From contig OZ316892.1 in the NCBI GenBank assembly GCA_973895155.1, positions 22,669,168-22,733,167 of the forward strand: a stretch of 64,000 nt of DNA, written 5' to 3'. This document shows positions 1-12,000 of this stretch, piece after piece. This DNA comes from Marsupella aquatica (taxonomy: Eukaryota; Plantae; Marchantiophyta). Position 1 is the stretch's first letter, and each line of letters begins with the position of its first letter. Both the position numbers and the translations under genes were made by a program. Below the pieces are notes generated by a model. It was not told where the DNA came from, ran no database searches, and saw only the letters and a list, made by a program, of their open reading frames with translations.

Positions 1-15
1 CTACTCAATTATCAG

Positions 16-3000
16 ATGGTGATCCAGCAGCAATGGATGTCTTTGCTGCTTCTCAGCATCTATGGGTTGGAGCACTGGGTCCAGGCGTAACTGAGTCTCA
101 GCTGAGGTTTCATTTTGAGAAATTTGGTCCATTAGAGAGCGTGTCACTTTTCCGAAGTCGTGACTTTGCGCTCGTGGATTTCCAAAATGTAAGAGACGCA
201 GTGAAGGCTCGCGAGGTGATGCAAGGTGCAGTAACCTGGGGAAAGCCAGTGCAAATCAAGTTTTTAGATAAAGGGCTGGGCACTCGTGGAAGTGTGGGAG
301 GGGTAGCTGTTGGGCGGAGCTGTCATGTATGGGTGGGTGGTATTTCAAGTCAGAATGCGAAGGAGGATCTTTTGAAAGGGGTTACGGGTGCCGGGCTGAA
401 GGCCCCCCGATCTGTCGTAGCACTCGTGACTGCAAGCGCCATTTTACTTGAATTTGAGGTTCCAGAGGAGGCAACAGCTGTCATGGTACATATTAGGCAG
501 CGTAGGAAAGAGGGAGGTGTCTATGTTCCCATTAAAGCAGGAGGAACGGAGAGAAGCCCAGCAACAGGTGCATCAAGTACCGGCTCTGTTGAGGGGACGA
601 ATTCCGGAAACAGGCATCTATGGGTAGGTCGGATTGACGCTTCAATCCGTGAAGAGGAGCTTCTGAGTTCCTTTTCCAAGTATGGGGATCTTACCGGTTG
701 GAAGTTTATACGTACGAGTGGGTGTTGCTTCATTGATTTCCGGCAGCCAGAGTGTGCAGCCCTTGCTAAGCAACAATTAAATGGGACAAGGTTTGGGATT
801 CAGTGTATCGTAGTTGAGTATAAAAACACACCTCAGAACAGAACTACTTCTGGCCCTCTGCTTACGTCTCCACCTCATGCAACAGGCTTGCTACACAGCC
901 CGTCCGTGAGTAGTTCAGGGAGTAGGTTTGGAGGATCTCCTGCCCTCACTGCTGCTTTGAATGCTCTGCAAAGCAAATTGCTAGGATGCTCTGGGTCCGG
1001 TGTGCATCTAGGCAGGTCAAGAAGCAGTCGTGGAGGTGGGCGTGAAGGCAATGAGAGGATACCCACCAATACTCTGTGGATTGGCTTGCCTGATGTGGTG
1101 GGTCCCAATTTCATGAATGAAATAGAAATGAAAAACATCTTTAGTCTAGCAGCCACAGGAGTTGGTTCGGTGACGAAGGTGCGGTGTGCTCGCACCAGTC
1201 GTGGCCCCTGTCGATTTGTAGAGTTCGACCGAGTGGATGCAGCGGCAGCTGCTCTCCGAAATGTTTCAGGAAAACTTGACCCTAGTATTCAAATCGAGTT
1301 CAGGTTGATTTCTTATACTCCCTGCTTGTTCACTTTAGTGCTCGCACCGTCGTGCAAAACAGGGCAACTGGAAATGGATAGCATTTTCTCTAGTGGACTT
1401 GTGGACCTTCAAATCTGGTTTTAATCTTTTCCTTTATTGTATGAGAAGTACTTGTGAACTTGTAACCGATTTTCATCTATAGATTTTCTTTGCTTCCCTA
1501 CCTGACTTTTCAGATCTTGTTTCGGAAATGTGGGAAGTCGTGAGTCACATTTAGGTTGTGTTAAAGGAATCTAGGTCCCATTTTTTTAATATCAGAGTCA
1601 AAGCAATTTAATGTCTACTGTTTGACCATTGATTTTCTTTGTCTTCACAGTAATTCGGCTATTTCAATGCAACAAAGTGAGAATTCACATGTCCATGTGC
1701 CTGCCAATTTGGGGCAGTCTCAAACATCAATGGATGATATGCGTCGACGATCATGGGATTATCAACGTGACAAAGAAAGACCCATAGCTAAGCCAAGGGA
1801 ACGTGAATCAGACGATCCTGCCTCTCCACCTGCTGATCGTGAGGCGTCAGGGACCCCTAATGGTGAAAGCTATCCTATCCATCCGCCTGGGTGGGGTGTA
1901 CCTCCTGAGAAGGAAGCAGTGGACGAGGGTCATAGGAGGGAAGGAAGGTCGCATCCTCCTCGGTCACAACATGATGGCTTAGCTGATACACGGGAAGATA
2001 GTGCCAAAGGAGATTCTGCCACTCCAAGGGCTAACTCTTATGGAGGATTTCAAACGGGTTCTGCTGCTGATGCTCCTCCTGGCACCACTCATGATAGTCC
2101 AGTTCCGTCCAGTCATCCTCTACTTGGAAAGAAACCTGTGTTGGACCGCCAACCAAGTTCCATTCCAACTGGAACAGTGACCAGACCCCCTCTCCCACCC
2201 CAGGGTCCAACCCTTGCCCCTTTGCCTGTCCTCAAGCAGCATCCTCCATGGGTTCACTCCGACAGAGTACCTCCGACAAGTTCCTGGTCTGGAGCTCCTA
2301 TGACCATACCGTCTTCTCCGCTGGGTCAAGTTTCTCCTAATCCAGGCATGAAGTCCGTGTTGGGTGGCCCCCCTATGACTGTTCTTCCTTATGGAGGCCA
2401 GAAATTGGTGAAAGGTAATCATAATGCCTTGCCTTTGCTGCAATCTCCTGTAACTCCAGGGCTTTGTAACTTGCCGTTGCAACAACCTTTAGATCAGCTG
2501 GGTAACCCTCAAGCGCCATCAGTTTCTCAACCAGGTCAGCCTTTTGTTGACCATATGGTGCATCCGCTAGTTGTTGACCACTTACAACAGCACCAACCTC
2601 TGGTTCACACTATGAGCCAACCTATGGACCTCATTGGTCAGTCCCTGGATTCATTCGTTCCCCACGGAGATCAATTGAACCAATTAGACATAGTAAACCC
2701 GCCTCCTCTTCCTCCTTTACCTCCTTCGTCACCACCTCCTCCCCCTCCCAGTGAAGAAGCACCACCCCCGCCTCCGCCATTTTCACCGTCCTTGCCCCCT
2801 CCCCCAAGTTCCCCTCCTCCTCCCCTACCTCCTCCTCCAACAGATTCTGTGCCGGATGCAATCGCAGAAGGTGAATGGCGCATACTAAGAGAGCGGCATT
2901 GGCGTGGGCCGTTATGCAAAAGCGGGATGGAGTACTGTGACATCTTGGCGTACCATGAAGATTCAGCTGCATGTCAATACGAGCGCAACTTGCGAGAGCC

Positions 3001-4252
3001 AATTGAGTGAGCCATTTATCTTCACTGAGTATTCTTCGTGTTTCTAGATTTCTTATAAAACTAGTCTCTGGAAAGCTGTGGTTGTCAGATGAAGTCCTAG
3101 CAATGGATGAAAATAGAACTTGTAGATTTTCCCCTTTTTGGAAACCATTACGATAGGACTGAATGATGTGAAAATGTTTCTCTATATACTCAGTTCCGTT
3201 TTCCGAATAAGTTACTCTCTATTTCTTAGTCCTGCTCTTCTTCATGCTCTGTAATTTTACGAGTGTCCTCCTCAGTCTGAATTGTTGTAAAGTATGTCAG
3301 GTCAGGTGTCTTTCAAAAACCGTTTCGCTTCGCATCTCTTAAAACCATTAGAGAACCGAATGACATATCTATTGTATTTGCACAGATGGCCTACACAACT
3401 TGATGTAACCAAACGAGCAGACTTCAAATCGGTGAAAAACACTTTCAACAGCACACCAATAACTCAAGTACTGCAGATCTTACTATCAGACACCATGAGC
3501 ATACTCTCTTCTTACTGTTTTGCAAGTATTCAGCAAGTCGTCGATGGAAAATTGCAAAGTCTTACAGGATAGTCTCTACAGTAGGGGTGAACTTCTGCCC
3601 TGATTCCACCGGTTGGACTAGCAGATTCTCTCATCACGAGTCTAATTGATGATGTTATGTGATTTGCAGCGGGAGGTTTGTCGCTTATTTGTCGCACCAG
3701 GAGACGAGAATCAAGCTGGGGTAAGTTGTTCATGTATTTCCATCCTTCCTTGTAGAAACGTCAGATTTGATCGGAGAACCTTGCACGTCTCGTCATTCTA
3801 CTCAAAAGATTTGGTGAACGCTTTGCAGTCTACTACCGTTGAATAGAAACGTCATCCTTCTAGCAACTCTTTTTGGTATATAGGGCCTTTTGATGTGTGC
3901 TCTTGTTGATTAGCAGCTACAATAGCCATGCATTCTCAGTGAGATCAGGGTAGAATGTTTTCGTCGCAGGGCACCTGCGGTTTTCTACGGGGTCAGCTGT
4001 AACTAGAAACATTCATTGCTGATAGGCCAAATTATTGGCTCCGTGGTGTTTCAGTTTGATCGGTTCATTGCTTATCTAAAGCAAAGGGAACGAGCGGGCG
4101 TCGTGAAAATTGGAGCAGGAGAGGGCATGTGGCCTCGTATGCTTTACCTTCTTCCGTGGTCGATTGAGGCGTGCGCTCTACTAGCGATTTCTACTCAGCC
4201 CACCAACTGTCTCATAGGACTTATGCTACCATCGTTGTCGACGTTTGCATAA
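16..4252 (+). CDS. Spen-family RNA-binding protein (multiple RRMs, Pro-rich linker, C-terminal SPOC domain); 5' end outside window
   Basis: RRM RNP2/RNP1-like motifs (HLWVGAL..FALVDF, HVWVGGI, HLWVGRI..CCFIDF, TLWIGL..CRFVEF) and a SPOC domain (WRGPLCKSG..WPTQLDVTKRADF..FDRFIAYLKQRERAGVVKI). Phase-consistent GT-AG exons: 16-1303, 1651-3006, 3386-3467, 3670-3720, 4055-4252(TAA). Architecture resembles Arabidopsis At1g27750/FPA-type proteins (from memory). Confidence 0.88.
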
Positions 4253-4908
4253 TTGTAAATATGCCAATTTATTTCTCCCGTGCGAATTTTTGTCTACTTT
4301 AGTCTCTTTGATATTTATTGGTCATTCTCTGAATCTGTTCAAATGTCTAAAATGCTTGCTCTTTTCCGATTTTGAGCTGCAGTTCCAGAGTTCGGGTTCT
4401 CCGGAACTGTTCAAATTGACAGGCATTGTGGTCTTTGAAGTGGAAACTGTATGTTCACAAGAGAATCTCTTGCATCCCGGGTCTAAAGAGATCAGAACTC
4501 CTGATTAATCTTCCTAGCTAGCTATCAGATAATGTAGTCATTTCAACAGCTCTCTGGTGAATAATATGCTCTCCGAGATTGGAGGTTTCAAACAACTGCG
4601 AAATTTGGTGACCCGCACGGATCTGACTCTCACTTCTCCACCAATCGTGGTGGTCTTAACGCTGGGGGATTGATTTGGCATAGCATCAATTCTAGTTAAC
4701 TAGAACGGAGCAATCTCTTGTAGACTTCGATCTCGCAGAAAGCGCGGATCAACACGTTACCTAAAGAACTTTGAATGATATCCAGTTCTCGTGCCTTGAT
4801 GAAAGTCCTGAGTTGAGAAAGCTGACGAGTGCTGAAGAAAAGAAGGGATACATATTCAAGCATGATATTATTCGCATCACAGTATATACAGTATATACAT
4901 ATTTGAAT

Positions 4909-5031
4909 GAATTTATATATTTGGTAACCCTAAACTGTCATAGAATATCACGTTTTGGCAAATTTATATATTTGGTAACCCTAAATTTATATATTTGGTA
5001 ACCCTAAATTTATGTATTTGGTAACCCTAAA
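4909..5031. repeat. 23-bp tandem repeat ATTTATATATTTGGTAACCCTAA (4 copies) containing a telomere/telobox-like AACCCTAA
   Basis: One copy at ~4911 and three adjacent copies at ~4961-5031; bracketed by a ~30-bp imperfect direct repeat CATATTCAAGCATGAT(A/T)TTATTCGCATCAC at ~4851-4880 and ~5076-5105. Confidence 0.85.
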
Positions 5032-5643
5032 CTTCTGCCAGGTACAAAGTGATATCCCATAACTTGTCACATCTACATATTCAAGCATGATTTTATTCGC
5101 ATCACCTTCATCAGCAATCTCAGTTGTGCAGTACGCTTCATTCAGAATCAACGATCCATAACTGTGAGGCCCAGTGTTTCAACTAGCACATTGTCAGTCG
5201 CTTCTAGCTGATGGTGGCTGTGTCTTAGTCCAAGAGGCTCATACGGAAATTGTGAAAACGTGCTCAACAGGTCATAACTGTACATGCACACTTGTTGAAA
5301 TACATCCACTTCTATACAATCTAGCATGAGAGCCCAAATTATTCTGAAGCTTGTAATCGAACGCATTACACATTCCTTGACGTGTATGTTTCAATTTACT
5401 GTTGATAATGGAACTGTAAACACAAAAGGAAAAGGAAACTAATTCTAGACAGCAACGACTGTGAACACACCGAGGGGTCCATGAAGATCAGTACAATGCC
5501 CTGACTTGCGATTTGAGACGAACGAGCCTCTACAATCAACACCTGATCATCAATAGATCCAGGTTACTTGCTATCTCACTAAGCATAGCTCCTACTCAAT
5601 TTGATATCACCTCAAGGTTAAAATATCCTCGATGCAAAAACAG

Positions 5644-6371
5644 TTATTCTGGTCGTCTTGCTCCTCCATCACGGACTAATTGTCGTCGTCTTCTTCCTGA
5701 GTAAACATAGATTGTAGACTCACTCTCTATCAACGAACCGCATCCTTCTTGTACATGGAAGACCATCTCCGAAAGTTTCGAGATGTTATCCGGCACATTC
5801 CGCGAGACCAACCAGGTTGGCAACGGTGCGAGCAGACTAGCTTCAAAATAGAGCTTTAGCCTGCGAAGTGACGGCAAACTTCGGATGTAGTCGGGAAAGC
5901 TTGTAGCAGAATGATAATAAATGCTAATGTCACTCAGAGCCGTGAAGTTCCCCGACGAGATCGGCAACCTCTCGATGCTAAACAACTGTTGAAACACGGT
6001 GTCGCAGTCAGAAAATCGAGGAGTTTTCAAGGCGGACAATTGGCCAACGGTTGCAGGCAAGATCTCCCATCCACTCCAAATATGGAATAATAGATGTTCT
6101 AAGGCGACGAGTTTCCCGAAAGATTCAGGCAACGTTTGCAAGCTTTTTGCACCTATCGATTGTGAGATCAACCAAGCCGCAGAGTTGTCCAAAGGACTGA
6201 GGCAAAGTTGGCAAGCTTTTGCAACTATCGATTGTGAGATAAACCAAGCCACACAGTTGTCCAAAGGACTGAGGCAAAGTTTGCAATTTACTGCAACTCT
6301 GGAATGTCAGATGGTTCAAAGCGGACAGTTGCCCGAAAGGACTCAGGCAAGGTCTGCAAATCATGGCATAT
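5644..6371 (-). pseudogene. Leucine-rich-repeat (NLR-type LRR) pseudogene, C-terminal half
   Basis: 24-aa units LQTLPQSFGQLCGLVYLTIDSCKS / LQTLPESFGKLVALEHL with frameshifts between the 6125-6364 and 5644-6264 ORFs. Confidence 0.8.
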
Positions 6372-6547
6372 TTTGTGTTATTTGGGGACGTTGCCAGCTC
6401 GTATAATAGATTTATAAATCCACTAAGTGTGACTGTTAAATCATGATTTGTATGTCAATGTTTGTTTCTTGTCCATCTGAACCACGACCACTCCATAATC
6501 AGCTAAGACATAACTGATTTTGTGGTTTGGAATAACATATTGTGCAG

Positions 6548-7224
6548 AGAATTCGGGCCTTGAGGCTGGGTCGGCCAAGGGCTGTGATCGGGTCCGGGGA
6601 GTGGGGATTGCATCCGTATCCCAAGAGCAGCTCTCCCTAAGCTCAAGAAGGTGCAGTTCTCGGAAGTGAGCGGTCCCGTCATAATTGATGGAGCTAAGAA
6701 AGGTGTGCCAGCAGTTCCAATAGAGGTCGTTCTTCAGGAAGTTCGGCGGCCAGGACATTTTTAGTCGTGGCCTGCAAATCCGTTTGGTGGTTTTGGAACT
6801 GTGCAGCTTGGATGATCCCCACTCTTTTGGGAAACTCTCAGGCTTAAAGTACCTGAGGATCGATGACTGTAATGTGTATAAGCTCCCAAATCAAATTGCT
6901 TCGGGCAACTGAAGGCTTTGCAACGTCTCAACTTGTGTTGCTGTCGTGAGCTGGAAACCTTGCCCGAATCCTTTGGGGAATTGACCGCCTTGAACCATCT
7001 ATCATTCGAGCATTGCTGTAAGTTGCAGACCTTGCCTGAATCTTTCGGACAATTGCCCTCATTGAACAATTTATCTTTTTGCAAATGCCATGAGTTGCAG
7101 ACCTTGCCTGAGTCCTTCGGACAATTGTCTGCACGATAAGTTTCAGAGCTTGCATGAAAAATCTCTCGGACAATTGTCCGCCTTGAACCATCATTCATTT
7201 TTTATATGCCATGATTTGCAGACC
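6548..7224 (+). pseudogene. LRR pseudogene, upstream half, inverted relative to 5644-6371
   Basis: LETLPESFGELTALNHLSFEHCCKLQTLPESFGQL repeats with stops and frameshifts; preceded by a plausible acceptor TGTGCAG (6541-6547). Confidence 0.8.
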
Positions 7225-7228
7225 CCTA

Positions 7229-8975
7229 TCCATGGAACCTAGCTTGAAGAACAAAAAATAAACCCCAAATGATGCTTTTGGCAATGAGGGACGCAAGGGA
7301 AGAGACCTGATGGACCAGAGAGGGAAGGACCACAGAGAAAGGTCAAACTATCCCTGGAACCCTCTCCTTACCCTTCAAGAGGAAAAAGAACGAGATATTT
7401 GCATGATGGGACACTAAAATGAAAAATGTTACTTGATAGGACCCTGAGTAATTACCCTTGATTGACTTTGACCCTCAATCAAAGTTCCCAAAATTTTAGG
7501 GGTCTTATCAAGTAACACTTTTCATATTGGGGTCCTATCTGCAAATACCTTGACAAAGAACCCCCTCCCCCCCCCCCCCCCACAAAAGACCTGAAAGAAC
7601 CACAACAGCAGACCAAACAACAATATGAGACAGAGCCAGAGAGAAGAGAACAAAGAGAGGGAATATTCTAATTCAACAAAAAGAAAGGAAGGGGAAAAGA
7701 ACAATTACCTTGCCCATTTGCTCCGAGATTCTTGGGAGCGCATTTGTACTCCCCACCCCCAGCCATGGAGCCCAGCTCTTACCCTTCAAGAGGAAAAATA
7801 ACCCCCGAAAAGACCAGACGGATGGGAGAGGGAAGACAGATGGATGACCCGGCGACATGAGCGATGAATGGGCAACGAGACAATGACAAAATGTCAACCA
7901 AAGATGGGGAGACCAGAGGACGAGAAGAGGTAACAGTCTTATTAGATGAAAAGGAATGAAGCTGACAGCCTCCCATTCACTCCAAGATTCTTGGAACGCC
8001 TTTGTACTCCCCACCCCCAGCCATGGAACCCCACTCTCACCCTTCAAGAGGAAAAAGAACTCCCCGAAAAGACCGGACGGACGGGAAAGGGTTTAGCCAG
8101 ACGGGAGAACAATGAGAGGTCGAAGACAGGGAGAACAAAGGACGAGGAGAGGAAACCGTTTTTTTCTCTTGAAAGGAGCACTTTACTTAATGGGAAGTAA
8201 ATTCCAATAAAAACAGGGAATCACCAGCCAGATCCACAAAAGGGACAAGGACCAACAACCACTCAAAAGACCAGACACATCCAGTCAGGAGGGCAAAGAT
8301 GAAGGGAACAGTGAAAAGTTATCAAGCAACATCACTCTCACCACAAAAATAACCTACGACCAAGGCACAACCAAGGTCAGGCAGAGAACCAGCCAGAAAA
8401 TTGAAATCTGAAACACTGAACCAAGATGAAAATCCAAAAAGAAGATGATAATTCATCTACCTAGATCCCAACTACCCTACCAGGAAACAATCGCCAAAGT
8501 CTTATTAGACAAAAAGGAAGGAATAGGAAACGAACAAAACTGCCTGGCCCGTTCGCTCCAAGAATCTTGGGGCGAATTCGTGCTCCCCACTCCCTGCCAT
8601 GCAACCCCTCTCCTACCCCTCAAGAGGGAAAAGAACCTCCCCGAAAAGACCGGACGGACGGGCGAGGGAAGACAGACGGGACAACAACAAGAGGTCAAAC
8701 AAAGACGGGGAGAGCAGAGGACGAGGAGAGGAAACAGTCTTATTCGACGAAAAGGAACAAATAGGAAAAGAACAAACTGCCTCGCCCCTTCGCTACAAGA
8801 ATCTTGGCTGCCATGGAACCCATCTCTTGCCCCTCAAGAGGGAAAAGAACCTCCCCGGAAAAGACCGGACGGACGGGCGAGGGCAGACGGACGGGAGAGG
8901 GACGACGAGAGGTCAAAAGAAAGACGGGGGGGGACAGAGTGGGAGAGCGGAGGACGAGGAGAGGGAATCATTTCA
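7229..8975. repeat. Degenerate ~210-260-bp direct repeats (about 6 partial or full copies) upstream of the 5-phosphatase gene
   Basis: Core CCATGGAACC..CTCTTACCCTTCAAGAGGAAAAAGAAC..CCCGAAAAGACCGGACGGACGGG..GAGGACGAGGAGAGG recurs at ~7229, 7353, 7762, 8021, 8597 and 8811; interrupted by a MITE (7392-7551) and an unrelated insert (~8159-8495). Confidence 0.85.
7392..7551. mobile_element. Mutator-like MITE (family A), ~50-bp TIRs, 10-bp TSD
   Basis: Left GAGATATTTGCATGATGGGACACTAAAATGAAAAATGTTACTTGATAGGACCC is the approximate reverse complement of the right end ...GGGTCTTATCAAGTAACACTTTTCATATTGGGGTCCTATCTGCAAATACCTT; TSD GAAAAAGAAC (7382-7391) / GACAAAGAAC (7552-7561). Confidence 0.8.
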
Positions 8976-9060
8976 TTCGAAGAAAGTGAAGGAAGAAGAG
9001 GGAAAGTGTTCTCATCTCCTATACTTCGTCGACGATTCTTCGACGATTCTTCGATGTGCA

Positions 9061-12000
9061 ATGGCGGGGACGGAGCGATCCCCGACGGGGCGCGGCAGGA
9101 GTGGAGCAGCAGCAGCACCACCACCATCCGGGAGGCTGTCGCCGAGGCCGTCGACATCGATGGACGCGACGATGGATCTGCTCACAGGATTGGACATCAA
9201 CTCGTTCGCTCAAGAATCGTCGCCTTCGGCAGCTCCAGCAATTGACGCACTCGGAGATCGGCACCAGACAACGTCTCCAACAACGAGAGGTTCGGGACTG
9301 CTCGGGGCCGCGGATGCAAACCCTATCGGATTCCAGAGCAATTTGATGTACAGTTCGCACGAGCCGCTCGATTTGTTGACGGGATTGTTTCCACCTCTTG
9401 CTCCGACGACGACCTCGAGTGCATTTCATTCGTCCCCTGTTCTCGCTCCCTCACCGCAGGCGACAACTAGTCAACAGGATGCGTGGGGTTCGGATATCTT
9501 ATTGGGACAGCCCGCATTTGGTATCGGTCATGAGAATGTCAGTAGTAGCGGTAGTAGCATTGATGAACTCTTCGGAGCTCCGAAGATGGAAATTGCTCCG
9601 AACAATCCCTTTCTCGGCAATGCCGTTAAATCCCCGCCCCCTGCGTATTCTCCACCGGCTCCTATGTATCCAATTTCTCATAACAGAGCGGCCGATGCGG
9701 CAGGGGCCGAAGTTCCCAATCGGAACAGCAGGATAGATTCCGTGGACGGATCGTTTGCGAAATTTCCTCCACTCACGGAGACTAGCATGGCAGCGGCCGC
9801 AGATCTTGGACGGAGATCTTCTTCTTACTCTGGTGGTAACGCAGCATTGGGCCCAGCGGGCACCACAAGGATGTCCAGGCCGCCATCTATCTCTAACGGG
9901 GGTGCGATCCCTAGTACCAGTGCCAATTTCTCGCCCCTGCCAGGGGACTCTTTCTCGAAACCAGAATTGCCTTCCGGGAGGCTCTCCTCTGCGTCCTCTG
10001 GAAGTGGATTGGCAGACAGGATTGAAAGAATGCAGAATAATGGCCCCTTGAGAGCAGAGCCCTCGAATTCGACTTCTTATCGCCCGGTAAGTCCTTCTCC
10101 ATCAACAGAGAGCTTGAGGAAGACCTCCTCCGAGACGAAATATGAGCAGTGGATGCCGCCATCAGAGGCTGGCACATCTTCTCGGGCAACAGAAAAAGAA
10201 TTAAGAACATCAATGTCGTCCCCTACGACAGGTGCAAGGGATGTTGAGTATGTGGGTGCTACAAGGAACAGCATGTACAAACCTCCCGTTCGAGGGGCAG
10301 TGCATCCCATGAGGCCAGTTTCCTTGGAGCTCAGGCCTCATCCATTGAGAGGTGCTCCGACAAATCAAGTCACTCTGCTCACTTGCTTGGACGGTTGGGT
10401 ATGGGCAGTGTGCGATATGGGGCTTATGGTGTGGAATATTGCAAATGCAACAGGATCCGGAAGTATTGCAAAAGGGAACAATCCGGGAGACGAAGATGCG
10501 GCAGATTACGAGCTCCTCAGAGTTCAGGGATCTTCAGCCTTTTGTATCACAGCGGATGTCGCCAATCAGGTCGTATGGACAGGTCATCGAGATGGGAAGA
10601 TCAGATGCTGGCCTGGACTTGCGGCTCCCAGTGGGAGTCGAGAACCCAGATCGGCGACTCTCACCTTTCAAGCTCTTCAGCACGCTGTTACCGCAATTGT
10701 CTTCACACCTTATGGTATCCTACAAGAACGAAACTTCTTTTCTCTTGAATTCACTTTTATCTGTAAAAATGAAACTTGATCACTGCCCATCGGATTCTTC
10801 TACGTTTTTTAGAAGAAAATTATATCTGCTGATGTGCAGTGCGGATTTCTACTACTGTCTGTTTTCAGCATCGTTGTCTGGCCTGATCTGCAAGTATTCT
10901 CGAAGGTCCAATACAGTTTTTTTTTTTCAACTTTGTTCTCTTTTCCCCTTTGTATTTTTTCTGGAGCTGAGAAGAAGGATTTTATCTGCTATGCTGGAAG
11001 GTGAATTGTGGGCTGGATCTGAAAGTGGGGAACTCAGAGCTTGGCCTTGGAATGCTGTCGCGAAAGCACTCACTGGAGTAGGTGATTGTGCCTCCCTGAT
11101 GGAAAAATCTTACACCAACCTCAATATTGGACATTTAGGAGTGGCTCCCAATGGGCCCACGATAAGCCCGGAAGTACGGTTCCTTGTTGGAGATCATGCC
11201 CATGGAAGAGTATGGTGCGCTGGATCCCAATATATGGCCATTTGGTACGTAAACATTCGGGCACCGAGGTTACTTATCCAGTATCATTCTGTCGAGTTAG
11301 TAAGGCACTTGCCTTAGCTATGCTTTGTTGTTTAAGAAGTACTTTGAAGGGTTTTACATTGTTAGAGGGAATTATCCCCGTACACTAACGTTTCACGCGG
11401 GTTTTCGTGTGGAGTTTATTTGTCAAGGGGCGGATTGGTGGCATGTGATCTACGCGTCACATCCTTGGACTAGTGGAAAGTTTACGACTTAGGGCAGTTT
11501 TGCGTTTATGGTCGTGTCTCTGTGAACCTTATTAGGTAGCTAAATTTATAGGAGCTCGTTTCGTGAGAAGTTTTGGTGATTCGTATTGCTGACGGTGAAG
11601 ATGTGTAAATTCGAAGAACCGGTTGCAATTGGGACGCAGCAAGCATAGAAACATCTCAAGTGGTTGGTACGATATTATTGCCAATGGAGCTTCTGAACAT
11701 AAGCAGATTCTAAAGAACCGTTTGATGACAGGGATGCGAGGACAAGGGAACGCGTAAAGATATTTGTTGGGCCCAATGGATTGGACATGAATAGCACTGA
11801 CGTTGGATCACCTGGGAGGGAAGTAATGCTAGATGAAGACCTGAAAGTGGGTTATGCGAAGGTCAGCAGCAAGAAAGATAAAGGAGGATGGTTGCAGCGC
11901 TCACGGATTGCAGTCCTGGGAGCTGCTGATGCTGTTAGAAGAGCCGCAAGTGGGGTAGCGCAAGGGTTTGAGGAAGACAGGAAACTTGAGGCCCTAGTGG

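Noticed and set aside
2120-3002. Antisense Gly/Glu-rich ORFs
   Set aside because: Shadows of the poly-Pro coding strand of the SPOC gene.
4480-4510. ATCAGAACTCC resembling part of 5S rRNA
   Set aside because: An 11-nt match only; the flanks do not fit.
8445-9060. N-terminal extension of ORF 8599-10779 and overlapping ORF 8445-9245
   Set aside because: They translate the purine-rich upstream repeats, and 8599 sits inside a repeat unit. ATG 9061 begins non-repetitive protein-like sequence.
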